From Mobula hypostoma (lineage: Eukaryota): DNA of 64,000 nt. The DNA lies in contig NC_086097.1 of the NCBI RefSeq assembly GCF_963921235.1, positions 150,042,001-150,106,000 on the forward strand, read 5' to 3'. A program made the translations under genes and the position numbers. A model generated the notes under the pieces. It was not told where the DNA came from. It saw only the letters and a program-made list of their open reading frames with translations, and did no database searches. Shown here piece by piece: positions 23,947 to 36,274 of the stretch; the stretch's first letter is position 1; each line of letters starts with the position of its first letter.

Positions 23947-26900
23947 TGTTGCAAGGGCATGGCTGGGGACAAACCCAAGTGTAGAACATAGGCACTGAGG
24001 CAGAGTCATTAGACATTAGCATCACCGCGAATGGGGAACCGGTATCCAGCAGAGTCTTTACACAGAGACGAGGTTCATGTAGAGAATCCGGGAAACGATG
24101 TGGAACTTAGAACTGAGAGTTCTCAGGAATCAGGAAACAAGGCTTACTCACATTAGAGTCTACCAATGAACTGGCAGCTCCTTGTTGTGATTACAGGGTT
24201 TTTATCCTGCATTTACTGATGGAAGGCAGGTGTGTGTAATTAGTGGAACTGGGAATGATTGGAAATTAAACGAGGGGATTGAGGCCCAATTACTGAGGTA
24301 ATAGCAAGGTGGGGAATGGCCAGATGGGACCACAAAATACCCCCCCCCCCAATGGGAGCCTCCAGGCTTGTCTGGATGGTCCCAATGAAAGTCCTGGATG
24401 AGGGAAGGGTCCAGGATGAAGGAGTGGGGAACCCAGGAACGTTCTTCTGGACCGTACCCCTCCCAGTCTACCAGGTATTGGAAACCCCTGCCCTGACGGT
24501 GCACATCCAGTAGTCGGACAGTGTATGCCAGATGGTTGTCAATGATACGGGCAGGTGGGGGAGTCTCAGCCGGGACACACAAGGGACTGACGGAAACTGG
24601 CTTTAACTGGGAAACATGAAAGGTAGGGTGGATGCGCATAGATCTTGGCAGTTTAAGTCGGAGTGCTGTGGAACCTTTTCAACCTTGAATGGTCCCAGGA
24701 AGCAAGAGGCGAGTTTCCTAGGCTCGATCTTGAGCGGGATGTCCTTGGATGAAAGCCACACCATCTACCCAGGTTGGAACTCAGGCGCCGGAGTCCGGTG
24801 TCGGTCGGCCGTCTTTTTATTGCAATTTGCCGATCTGAGTAGGGCAGTGTGTGTCTCCTTCCAAACCTTAAGGCACCGATCGATATGGTCCTGAACCGAT
24901 GGCACAGCAATCTCTTCCTCTTGCATGGGGAACAGCAGGGGTTGGTACCCAAGAGAACACTCGAAAGGAGACCTTCCAATGGCAGAGCTCACCAGAGAGT
25001 TGTGGGCGTACTCAGCCCACGGGAGGTGGTCGCTCCAGGTTGATGGGTTGTTTGCTGTTACATAACGTAGCGTCGCCTCCAGGTCCTGGCTGACCCGTTC
25101 CATCTGCCCGTTCGTCTGGGGTTGGAAGCCGGATGACAGGCTGACCGATGCACCCAAGGCGTGACAGAATGCCTTCCATACCTGCGAGACGAACTGGGGA
25201 CCTCAATCGAAGACGATGTCCATGAGGATTCCATGGAGGCAGAAGAAGTGGTGGACGAGAAGGTCTGCGGTTTCCTGAGCAGAAGGGAGTTTAGGGAGGG
25301 CTACAAAGTGCACCATCTTGGAGAACCAGTCTACCACGGTTAGGGCAGTGATGGTTCCGCATGAAGGGGGTAGACCGGTGACTAAGTCTAGGGACGACCA
25401 GGGACAGGTAGAGGACAAAGTAACCCTGCAGGTGGCCAATGAGAAGCTTTTCCACGGGCACAGACGGAACATGCTGAGACATAGGAATGGGTATCCGCCT
25501 CCATGGAAGGCCACCAAAAGTATTTTCTCAGGAGCACTAGGGCCCGATCACTCCCGGGGTGGCAGGCGAACTGAGATGTGTGCCCCCACTGGAGAACCTG
25601 GGACCTGACGGAAACGGGCACATACAGGCGATCACCGGGTCCATTGCCGCGGTCGGGGTCGTCCCGTTGGGCTTCCTTTACTTTGGACTCGATCTTCCAA
25701 GTGAGGGTTGCCACCACACAGGATGGTGGGAGGATAGTCCCTGTGCTGGAAGTGTCCCCCTTGGAGTCGTATTGGCAGGAGAGCACGTCTGGCTTCCTGT
25801 TCTTGGATCCTGGACTGTATGTGAGGGGAAAACTTGAACTGTCCAAAAAATAATGCCCAATGGACCTGGCGGGAGTTGAAACATTTGGCAGTCTGAATAT
25901 ATCCCAGGTTCTTATGATCAGCCTAAACAATAAACGGTTGTTCCGCTCCCTCCAGCCAGTGCCTTCACTCCTCCAATGCTAGCTTGACTGCCAGTAGCTC
26001 CGGATTCCCCACGTCGTAATTCCGCTTGGCTGGGGACAGTTGGCGAGTATACAAGGAGCAGGGGTGAAGCTTTTCGTCCAAACTTGATCGTTGGGACAGG
26101 ACTGCTCCTATCCCGGAGTCAGAGATGTCCACCTCAACAATGAATTGACGGGCTGGGTCCAGATGGACCAGGATGGGAGTGGTGGTGAAACGCCTCTTCA
26201 GGTCGGTGAATGCCGAGTCAGCTTCAGAGTCCCAACACAAAAGTGTGGTAGGCCAGGTAAGCCAGGGAAGGGGGGCCGCCACTCGACTGTAGTCTCTGAT
26301 AAATCGGCGGTAGAAGTTTGCAAACCCCAGGAATTGTTGAAGTTGCTTGCGGGTCGTGGGCCTAGGCCATTCTTCCACTGCCCGAATTTTCGTGGGGTCT
26401 GCTCTCACCTGCCCGCTCTGAATGATATAACCCAGGAAGCTGACCGAAGGAACTTGAAACTCGCATTTCTTCACCTTCACAAATAACTTGTTCTCCCACA
26501 GTCTCTGGAGGACTAGACGGACATGGTGAATGTATTCCTGAGGGCTGCTAGAAAATATCAATATATCATCGAGGTAAATGAATACGAAGCGATTAATAAA
26601 GTCCCTCAGCACATCATTGATTAGGGCTTGAAAAACGGCGGGAACATTGGTGAGGCCAAACGGTATGACCAAGTATTCGAAGTGGCACAGAGGTGTATTA
26701 AAGGCCGTCTTCCACTCGTCCCCCTCCCTCATCCTGACCAGATGGCGTTACGAAGGTCTAACTTCGAGAAGATGGTGACGCCATGCAGTGGTTCAAATGC
26801 CGAACTAATGAGGGGTAGTGGGCACTTATTTTTAACTGTTATATTGTTTAGGCCTCGGTAATCAATACAAGGACGAAGCGACCCATCCTTCTTTTCTACA

Positions 26901-28885
26901 AAGAAAAAACCGGCGCCTACAGGGAGGATGAAGGTCTGATAATGCCCGCTGCGAGGGACTTGCTAATGTACTTCTCCATGGCCTCTCTCTCCAGTCGGGA
27001 TAGGTTAAAAAGGCGACTGGTGGGTAGCGAGGCCCCGGGGAGAAGGACGATGGCACAATCATACGGGCGGTGCGGAGGCAGGGAGAGAGCCCGTTGTTTA
27101 CTGAATACCTGTCCCAGGTAATGGTATTCTGTGGGTAAATGGGACAAGTTGAGGGGTTCTAAGGCAGGCGGGGTCACGGTAGTCTCCCTGGGAGGTGGGG
27201 CTGACCACAGACAGTTGGCGTGGCAAGACTGGCTCCATTTGACTATTCTCCCGGTAGACCAGTGGACGTGGGGATTGTGGTGATACAGCCACGGGTACCC
27301 TAGAACTACAGGGACTTGAGGTGAATGAATGAGACTGAATCGTACCTCCTCCCGATGGTTGCCGGATAGGATCAAGGTCAGGGGCGGCGTACAGTGGGTC
27401 ACGCGAGCCAGCAGTTTCCCGTCCAGGGCCCAGGCCTCCGGGGGGTAGTTAGCGGCTTGTGAGGTATTCCAGCCTGGGAGGCTATGTCTTCGTCCAGCAG
27501 ATTACCCTCGGTACCGGAATCCACCAAGGCGGATAGGGACAGGGACGGTTGTTGATAATTCACGGTAGCCGGGATCTGCATCCGGGTTTGGGGAACAGAA
27601 GGGAGGGTCATCTGACTCACCAGAACAGTAGGAGCGGGAGCTCTACGAGGAACAGAGGGAGAGAGAGGTTAGTGCTGGTAAAAGACAGTCAGGTGGGACA
27701 TGGGCTGACCCGAGGAGCGGGGTGACTGGTTTTTTCTCTCAGACGCTCTCAAAGTCGATTATCTAGCCTGGTGGCTAGAGAGATCAGAGTCCAGGCTGTC
27801 CGTGTCAACCCTCGCTGCCAGTTCATCCTTTATCTTCTCTGAGAGGCCCTGTCGGAACGCCTCCCATAGGGCCTCGTCATTCCACTCTGAGTCAGCTGCT
27901 AAAATTCGAAACTTGATGGAGTACTTCGCTGCGCTCCGCGAACCCTGACAAGGATTCAGCAAGCGCCTTGCGGCATCCTTACCGCAAATAGGCTGTTCGA
28001 AGATCTTTCTCATTTCAGAGACGAAGGAGGGGAAGGAGGAACAAACCTTTGGTCGGTTATCCCATATCGCAGTGGCCCATGCCAAGGCATCCCCTTGTAA
28101 CAGCCCCATGATGTACACAATCTTTGATCTATCCAAAGAGTATGTACGTGACTGTAGCTCAAAAACCAAGGAGCATTGTAATAAGAAGGCCCGGCACCTC
28201 CCTAGGTCCCCAGCGTAGGGTTCCGGCTCAGGTACGTACGGCTCTTGTAGGGATTGTGTTGCCGATCCCAGGGGTGTAGCCATCCCCAGCTGTGCGGTTT
28301 GGCCAGTCAGGGGTCTTGGAGGGGATGGAGTAAGGGAAGCAGATACCCTTCCCCATATTCGTGGACAGCACACGAAGGTTTTCCGTGACCTCCATGAGCA
28401 GTTGGTCGTGGGCGCCCAGTAAGTAGCTCTGGCTGGCGTGGGCCTGTTGCACGGGGTGCGCGTCCGCTGGGTTCATTCTTGGCCAGTTCGTTCTGTTGCA
28501 AGGATGAGGCTGAGGATGAACCCAAGTGCAGGACACAGGCGCTGAGGCAGAGTCATTAGGCATTAGCACCACAGCGAACGGGGAACCAGTATCCAGGAGA
28601 GTCTTTACACAGAGACAAGTTTAACGTAGAGTATAAAGGAAACAATGCCAAACTTCGAACTGAGAGTTCTCAGGAATCAGGAAACGAGGTTTACTCATAC
28701 TAGAGTTGACCAACAAACTGGCAGCTCCTTGTTGTGACTACAGGGTTTTTAATCCTGCATTTACGGATGGAAGGCAGGTGTGTGTAATACGTGGAGCTGG
28801 GAATGATTGGAAATTAGACAAAGGGATTGAGGCCCAATTACTGAGGTAATAGCAAGGTGGGGAATTGCCAGACTGGACCATGACA
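23947..28885 (-). mobile_element. Ty3/Gypsy chromovirus of the Tf1/sushi group, two LTRs, decayed
   Basis: LTRs 23947-~24337 and 28494-28885; 5-bp TSD CCAAT at 23942-23946 and 28886-28890; gag [39 protein letters not shown]; RNase H NYDVGN.ELLA; IN H..HPG..CSVC and [11 protein letters not shown]; chromodomain [16 protein letters not shown]; poly-G PPT 24340-24350. Confidence 0.95.
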
Positions 28886-28904
28886 CCAATATGTGGAAAT
28901 TCAG

Positions 28905-29152
28905 TGTGCGAAAACATCTTGTTAATGAGAGAGTTCAGAGGAGAATAGCCGGACTGGTGCAAGGTGACAGGAAGGAGACAGTGACTCAAATAACCAAGCG
29001 TTACAACAGTGGTGTGCAGAAGACCGTCTCTGAACGAACAACTTGTCGAATCTTGAAGTGGATGTTCTACAGCAGCAGAAGAGCATGAAACTATACTCAG
29101 TGACCACTTTATTAGGTACGGGAGGTAACTAAAGTGACCTCTAAGCGTATAT
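28905..29152 (+). mobile_element. Tc1/mariner-derived fragment with TIR hairpin
   Basis: RKHLVNERVQRRIAGLVQGDRKETVTQIT..SERTTCRILKWM resembles the Tc1 transposase HTH region; ends in inverted pair TATACTCAGTGACCACTTTATTAGGTAC / GTAACTAAAGTGACCTCTAAGCGTATA. Confidence 0.75.
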
Positions 29153-29720
29153 ACTGAGATACAGTGTAAAGCTTTTGTTTTACATGCAATCCAGACAGAT
29201 CATGCCATACTTAATTACATGAAGATAATAAAGAGAAAACAATATTCAAAATAGAGAGTACCGTTACAGCTAAAGTGCAGTTACGTCAATAATGTGTAGG
29301 AGTGGTGATAATGTAGACTGAGAGGTCAAGAGTTCAAGAATTTATCCTCAACTACAAATGTAAATGAGAGGTCTGTTCGAGCGTCTGATATTAGTGGGAC
29401 AGAAGCTGCCTATGAGTTTGGTGGTTTGTGCTCTTAAGCTTTTGTACCTTCTGCCCAATGAGAGAGTTGAGAAGAGAGCGTGACTGTGGTGGGAGGAGTC
29501 TTTGATCATATTGGCTGCTTTCCCATGGCAGCTGGAAAAATAGGCAGCATCAAAGGGAGAAATGAGTGTGTGTGCGTGTGTGGGGTGGGGGGAGGCAGGT
29601 TGTCTTGTGTGATCAACTAGGCTGTGTTCACAACTCTGCAATTTCTTGTGGTCTTGGGGAAAAAAAACACAATTGCCGTGCCAAGCTGTGCTACACCCAG
29701 ATGGGATGCTTTCTTTGTCT
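29153..29720 (-). mobile_element. Rex1 3' fragment
   Basis: KAANMIKDSSHHSHALFSTLSLGRRYKSL. Confidence 0.75.
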
Positions 29721-31190
29721 TTGACTGAGCGTAGACTAATGATGCAGTATTTATTGGTGGTTAAGGAGGCTTTGGGAGATTTGCAGCACTGTTGATTTGG
29801 TGCCAGTATTATGCTGGAAGTGCTTGGCCAAAGGGGTGGGTAATTCTGGAATGGACATGTGGAACATTATCATTTCCCATATTCTTGGATATATCCATCA
29901 CTCTCACCCCTATTGCATAGGAGGGATCACTTCAGCTAAGAAAAAAACTGCGATGGTGAGGATGTTGGAATGAAATCATGATGAATCATACGCTCGGCAT
30001 TTCTGGCTAGATTTGTCCCTATGCTGTTGATTCTCTTTAACTGTGTACATTCATGTGCAACAAAAAAAAGAGAATCTATCTGCTCATGGAACATTTTATA
30101 GAAATACTTTTAAATTTAAAAGGAGACATGTGGTAAAGATAGGCTGAGGAGTAGAGCTCAACAGAAGGAACAAGAAAGGCATGATTCAAAGTGAATCTGA
30201 CTCCCAATTTGGAGTCATGAAGGTGAAATCAGATCTCAGCCTTTATTCTCTGAAAAGGGAAAAATGCCAGAAATTTACAATTGGGTGGCTTAGGTAAAAA
30301 TAGTGGTTGAGGGGGAATGGAGGCTAATTGGGGCCACAGTCCCCCATCATTTTCTAAATCGTGCCTGAGTGAATATGCATACTAATATAAAATTATGTTG
30401 GCTGATGGTAGAGATTTAGGGCAGGTCAGAGGGTCTAATGGCAGGTGAAACAGAGCCGAAGACTCAGCATCATTCTTTGGGGGAAAGTTAGAAAGCAAAT
30501 GGCATAAATTAAGTAAGTCTTATTCATGACTTAGCTATAATCTCCAGTCAATACATGTATTACCTTGTTGGTATTCATGAAAAAATAAGGCAGAGTTTCA
30601 GAGTCAAAGACTGGAGAGTGAACCTGGATCTATGAGAAGAACAGAGGCTTGTAAGAAGCTGATCAGCTAAGGTGATAATAATTGTCGTTTTTTGTGTCTT
30701 AAGAACAGTTTTTAATGGGTTTCACACAGGAGAATGAACAAGATCAAAGCACACAGATAGTCTGCTGTCATAGGGTGAGAACTAGCTATTCAATAAAAAC
30801 AAAGAGGTTCAGTTACTCAATCAAAACTGTGACTGAAATTCTTCCGGATTGCAGAAAAACAGTACTGAGTTAGAAGGTCAAATGTGGTCTCAATGAACAT
30901 TGAAGCAGACCTGAAAGTCCAAATAGCCTGTGCCTGCTCCTGTTTCTTAGGTAGGGAGTGGAGACTGGTTGCATCAATTTTCTTTTACATTTCTTAACTG
31001 ATTGCTGCTTTAGCCTGAAAGACATCTAACTAAGGTATGCGCTTGCCACTAAGAAGCAAAGATACTGATAAGATATAGGGTGGCACAGTTATGTAGAAAC
31101 ATAGAAACATAGAAAATAGGTGCAGGAGTAGGCCATTCGGCCCTTCGAGACTGCACCGCCATTTATTATGATCATGGCTGATCATCCAAC

Positions 31191-34100
31191 TCAGAACGCT
31201 GTTCCAGCCTTCCCTCCATACCCCCTGATCCCCGTAGCCACAAGGGCCATATCTAACTCCCTCTTAAATATAGCCAATGAACTGGCCTCAACTGTTTCCT
31301 GTGGCAGAGAATTCCACAGATTCACCACTGTCTGTGTGAAGAAGTTTTTCCTAATCTCGGTCCTAAAAGGCTTCCCCTTTATCCTCAAACTGTGACCCCT
31401 CGTTCTGAACTTCCCCAACATCAGGAACAATCTTCCTGCATCTAGCCTGTCCAATCCCTTTAGGATTTTATACGTTTCAATCAGATCCCCCGTCAATCTT
31501 CTAAATTCCAATGAGTACAAGCCCAGTTCATCCAGTCTTTCTTCATATGAAAGTCCTGCCATCCCAGGAATCAATCTGGTGAACCTTCTTTGTACTCCCT
31601 CTATGGCAAGGATGTCTTTCCTCAGATTAGGGGACCAAAACTGCACACAATACTCCAGGTGTGGTCTCACCAAGGCCTTGTACAACTGCAGTAGTACCTC
31701 CCTGCTCCTGTACTCGAAACCTCTTGCTATGAATGCCAGCATACCATTCATCTTTTTCACCGCCTGCTGTACCTGCATGCCCACTTTCAATGACTGGTGT
31801 ATAATGACACCCAGGTCTCATTGCACCTCCCCTTTTCCTAATCGGCCACCATTCAGATAATAATCTGTTTTCCTATTTTTGCCACCAAAGTGGATAACTT
31901 CACATTTATCCACATTAAATTGCATCTGCCATGAACTTGCCCACTCACCCAACCTATCCAAGTCACTCTGCATCCTCTTAGCATCCTCCTCACAGCTAAC
32001 ACTGTCGCCCAGCTTCGTGTCATCCGCAAACTTGGAGATGCTGCATTTAATTCCCTCATCCAAGTCATTAATATATATTGTAAACAACTGGGGTCCCAGC
32101 ACTGAGCCTTGCGGTAGCCCACTAGTCACCGCCTGCCATTCTGAAAAGGTCCCGTTTATTCCCACTCTTTGCTTCCTGTCTGCTAACCAATTCTCTATCC
32201 ACATCAATACCGTACCCCCAATACCGTGTGCTTTAAGTTTGCACACTAATCTCCTGTGTGGGACCTTGTCAAAAGCCTTTTGAAAATCCATATATACCAC
32301 ATCCACTGGTTCTCCCCTATCCACTCTACTATTTACATCCTCAAAAAATTCTATGAGATTCGTCAGACATGATTTTCCTTTCACAAATCCATGCTGACTT
32401 TGTCCGATGATTTCACCGCTTTCCAAATGTGCTGTTATCACATCTTTGATAACTGACTCCAGCAGTTTCCCCACCACTGACGTTAGGCTAACCGGTCTAT
32501 AATTCCCCGGTTTCTCTCTCCCTCCTTTTTTTAAAAAGTGGGGTTACATTAGCCACCCTCCAATCCTCAGGAACTAGTCCAGAATCTAACGAGGTTTGAA
32601 AAATTATCACTAATGCATCCACTATTTCTTGGGCTACTTCCTTAAGCACTCTGGGATGCAGACCATCTGGCCCTGGGGATTTATCTGCCTTTAATCCCTT
32701 CAATTTACCTAACACCACTTCCCTACTAACATGTATTTCGCTCAGTTCCTCCATCTCACTGGACCCTCTGTCCCCTACTATTTCTGGAAGATTATTTATG
32801 TCCTCCTTAGTGAAGACAGAACCAAAGTAATTATTCAATTGGTCTGCCATGTCCTTGCTCCCCATAATCAATTCACCTGTTTCTGTCTGTAGGGGACCTA
32901 CATTTGTCTTTACCAGTCTTTTCCTTTTTACATATCTATAAAAGCTTTCACAGTCCGTTTTTATGTTCCCTGCCAGTTTTCTCTCATAATCTTTTTTCCC
33001 CTTCCTAATTAAGCCCTTTGTCCTCCTCTGCTGAACTCTGAATTTCTCCCAGTCCTCAGGTGAGCCACTTTTTCTGGCTAATTTGTATGCTTCTTCTTTG
33101 GAATTGATACTATCCCTAATTTCTCTTGTCAGCCACGGGTGCACTACCTTCCTTGATTTATTCTTTTGCCAAACTGGGATGAACAATTGTTGTAGTTCAT
33201 CCATGCAATCTTTAAATGATTGCCACTGCATATCCACCATCAATCCTTTAAGTGTCATTTGCCAGTCAATCTCAGCTAATTCACGTCTCATGCCTTCAAA
33301 GTTACCCCTCTTTAAGTTCAGAACCTTTGTTTCTGAATTAACTATGTCACTCTCCATCTTAATGAAGAATTCCACCATATTATGGTCACTCTTACCCAAG
33401 GGGCCTCTCACGACAAGATTGCTAATTAACCCTTCCTCATTGCTCAAAACCCAGTCTAGAATAGCCTGCTCTCTAGTTGGTTCCTCGACACGTTGGTTCA
33501 AAAAACCATCCCGCATACATTCCAAGAAATCCTCTTCCTCAGCACCTTTACCAATTTGGTTCACCCAGTCTACATGTAGATTGAAGTCACCCATTATAAC
33601 TGCTGTTCCTTTATTGCACACATTTCTAATTTCCTGTTTAATACCATCTCTGACCTCACTACTACTGTTAGGTGGCCTGTACACAACTCCCACCAGCGTC
33701 TTCTGCCCCTTAGTGTTACGCAGCTCTACCCATATCGATTCCACATCTTCCCGGCTTATGTCCTTCCTTTCTATTGCGTTAATCTCTTCTTTAACCAGCA
33801 ACGCCACCCCACCTCCCCTTCCTTCATGTCTATCCCTCCTGAATATTGAATATCCCTGAACGTTGAGCTCCCATCCCTGGTCACCCTGGAGCCATGTCTC
33901 TGTGATCCCAACTATATCATAATCATTAATAACAATCTGCACTTTCAATTCATCCACCTTGTTACGAATGCTCCTTTCATTGACACACAAAGCCTTCAGG
34001 TGCTCTTTTACAACTCTCTTAGCCCTTATACAATTATGTTGAAAAGTGGCCCTTTTTGATGCTTGCCCTGGATTTGTTGGCCTGCCACTTTTACTTTTCT

Positions 34101-34224
34101 CCTTACTACTTTTTGCTTCTACCCTCACTTTACACCCCTCTGTCTCTCTGCACTGGTTCCCATCCCCCTGTTGTGAACTAACCTCCTCACGCCTAGCCTC
34201 TTTAATTTGATTCCCACCCCCCAA
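31191..34224 (-). pseudogene. CR1 ORF2 endonuclease/reverse transcriptase, broken into three ORFs
   Basis: ORFs 32497-34224, 31818-32477 and 31191-31790 are collinear parts of one polyprotein. Confidence 0.9.
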
Positions 34225-34229
34225 CCATT

Positions 34230-35128
34230 CTAGTTTAAAGTCACCTCAGTAGCCCCCGCTAATCTCCCTGCCAGGATATTGGTCCCCCTAGGATTCAAGT
34301 GTAACCCGTCCTTTTTGTACAGGTCACGCCTGCGCCAAAAGAGGTCCCAATGATCCAAAAACTTGAATCCCTGCCTCCTGCTCCAATCCCTCAGCCACGC
34401 ATTTATCCTCCACCTCATCGCATTCCTACTCTCACTGTCGCGTGGCACAGGCAGTAATCCCGAGATTACTACCTTTGCGGTCCTTTTTCTCAACTCCCTT
34501 CCTAGCTCCCTATATTCTCCTTTCAGGACCTCTTCCCTTTTCCTACCTATGTCATTGGTACCTATATGTACCACGGCCTCTGGATCCTCACCCTCCCACT
34601 TCAGGATATCTTGAACACCATCAGAAATATCCCGGACCCTGGCAGCAGGGAGGCAAACTACCATCCGGGTCTCTGGACTGCGTCCACAGAATCGCCTATC
34701 TGACCCCCTTACTATCGAGTTCCCTATCACAACTGCCCTCCTCTTCCTTGCCCTACCCTTCTGAGCTACAGGGCCGGACTCTGTGCCGGAGGCACGGCCA
34801 CTGTCGCTTCCCCCGGGTAAGCTGTCCCCCCCAACAGTACTCAAACAGGAGTACCTTTTGTTAAGGGGCAAGCCACCGGGGTACTCCCCATCACCTGACT
34901 TTTCCCCTTCCCCCTCCTAACCGTGACCCACTTGTCTGCCTCCCGTGGCCCTGGCGTGACCACCTGCCTTCCACTCCTCTCTATCACCTCCTCGCTCTCC
35001 CTGACCAGACGAAGGTCATCGAGCTGCAGCTCCAGTTCCGTAACGCGGTCCCTTAGGAACTGCATCTCGATGCACTTGGCGCAGATGTAGACGTCCGGGA
35101 GGCTTGGAGACTCCAGGGCCTCCCACAT
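34230..35128 (-). CDS. CR1 ORF1 (zinc finger/leucine zipper plus SGNH esterase), frameshifted
   Basis: CAKC..LELQLDDL; VVIGNSIVRG, HIGTND, DGLHLN. Confidence 0.85.
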
Positions 35129-35148
35129 CCGACACCGAGAACAACAAA

Positions 35149-35352
35149 CATAACACTATTACAGCACCAGGCATCAGGTTTCAAATCCCAATGCTGTCTC
35201 TAGAGAGATCATGCATTCTCCCCACATTCCCTTTGGTCTTCTGGTTTCCATCCAGTCCAAAGACATGCAGGTTGTTAGGCTAGTTGGTCACATAGGTGTA
35301 ATTGGGCGATACAGGCTTGCAGAAGGGTCTGGTACTGTGTTGTATTTCTAAG
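35149..35352 (+). mobile_element. tRNA-SINE body; its 5' end lies at 31078-31096
   Basis: GGGTGGCACAGTTATGTAG before the CR1 and CATAACACTATTACAGCACCAG..GGTTTCAAATCC after it reconstruct one SINE head. Confidence 0.65.
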
Positions 35353-35387
35353 TAACTAGCTAACCAAATAAGTAATTAAAATGTCTG

Positions 35388-35459
35388 CAACATACATCAA
35401 AGTTGCTGGTGAACGCAGCAGGCCAAGCAGCATCTATAGGAAGAGGCGCAGTCGACGTT
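35388..35459 (-). mobile_element. Penelope pLTR mini-insertion truncated inside the hammerhead
   Basis: 9-bp TSD AAATGTCTG at 35379-35387 and 35460-35468. Confidence 0.85.
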
Positions 35460-35599
35460 AAATGTCTGGTAGTTTGTAAGGAGCCGAGGAAAATGAGTCA
35501 GAGGGCAAGTGTACTGTGCGGTCTGCACAGCTGGACAGTTACGGTACTCTGGATCATGAAGGGTAAAGAAGGGAGGTGAAAGAGGATTGAGTACGGGAG

Positions 35600-35915
35600 T
35601 TGGGTTGCTATATTGGAGTTGTGAAAGACATTGGTAAGGCTAAATTTGGAGTATTTTGTGCAGTTCTAGAGAAAGGCGAAGTATTTAAGGGGAATCTGAG
35701 GGGGGATTTCTTTTCTCAAAGGGTGGTGCAAGTGTTGAACGAGCTGCCAGCAGAAGTGGTAGGAGTGCAAGTTCAATTGTAACGTTTAGGAGAAGTTTTC
35801 ATAGTTACATAGGTGGGAGAGGTATGGAGGGCTATAGTACAGATGGAAGTCGATGGGATGAGGCAGAAGACCAGGCCAGATGGGCCAGAGGGCTGTTTCT
35901 GTACCGTAGTGCTCA
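35600..35915 (+). mobile_element. CR1 3' fragments
   Basis: FKGNLRGDFFSQRVVQVLNELP. Confidence 0.7.
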
Positions 35916-36274
35916 GTGACTTCATGAAAAAGGTAGAAGAGATAACTGGCGTGAAAATGTATCAGCTGGCAATGATGCACCATTTGTTTCTGGCTGATGC
36001 ACCTTTGGTCTCAGCATCTCCTCTATTAATTTCTTTGTCCAATCAGAAATGAATTAATTTATTGGAGAAGAACCAGTTATCATTTAATGTAATGTGTGCT
36101 GCTTTCATTGGGTTGGACTGGACAGGATGGATCAGTCTAGAAACTTCAACAATGCAGAATGCTTGTAAAATATGTTATATTTTGTCTCATTTAAAATGAG
36201 TTAATTAATAAGGGTTTTAATAAGTAAACCAACATCAATTTAGATTTAGGTTTATTTTGAGAAAGGCTCTCAAA

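Larger units (their letters stand above)
31095..35148 (-). mobile_element. Near full-length CR1 LINE (ORF1 and ORF2), few lesions
   Basis: ORF1 CAKC plus SGNH esterase; ORF2 APE (VGITETW, GDFN, SDH) and RT (KFADD); (TTCTATGT)n tail; frameshifts near 34860 and 32530, stop at 31818. Confidence 0.97.

Noticed and set aside
33083..33859. 258-aa plus-strand ORF and similar antisense ORFs over CR1 copies
   Set aside because: Shadow frames opposite CR1 ORF2, with no independent motifs
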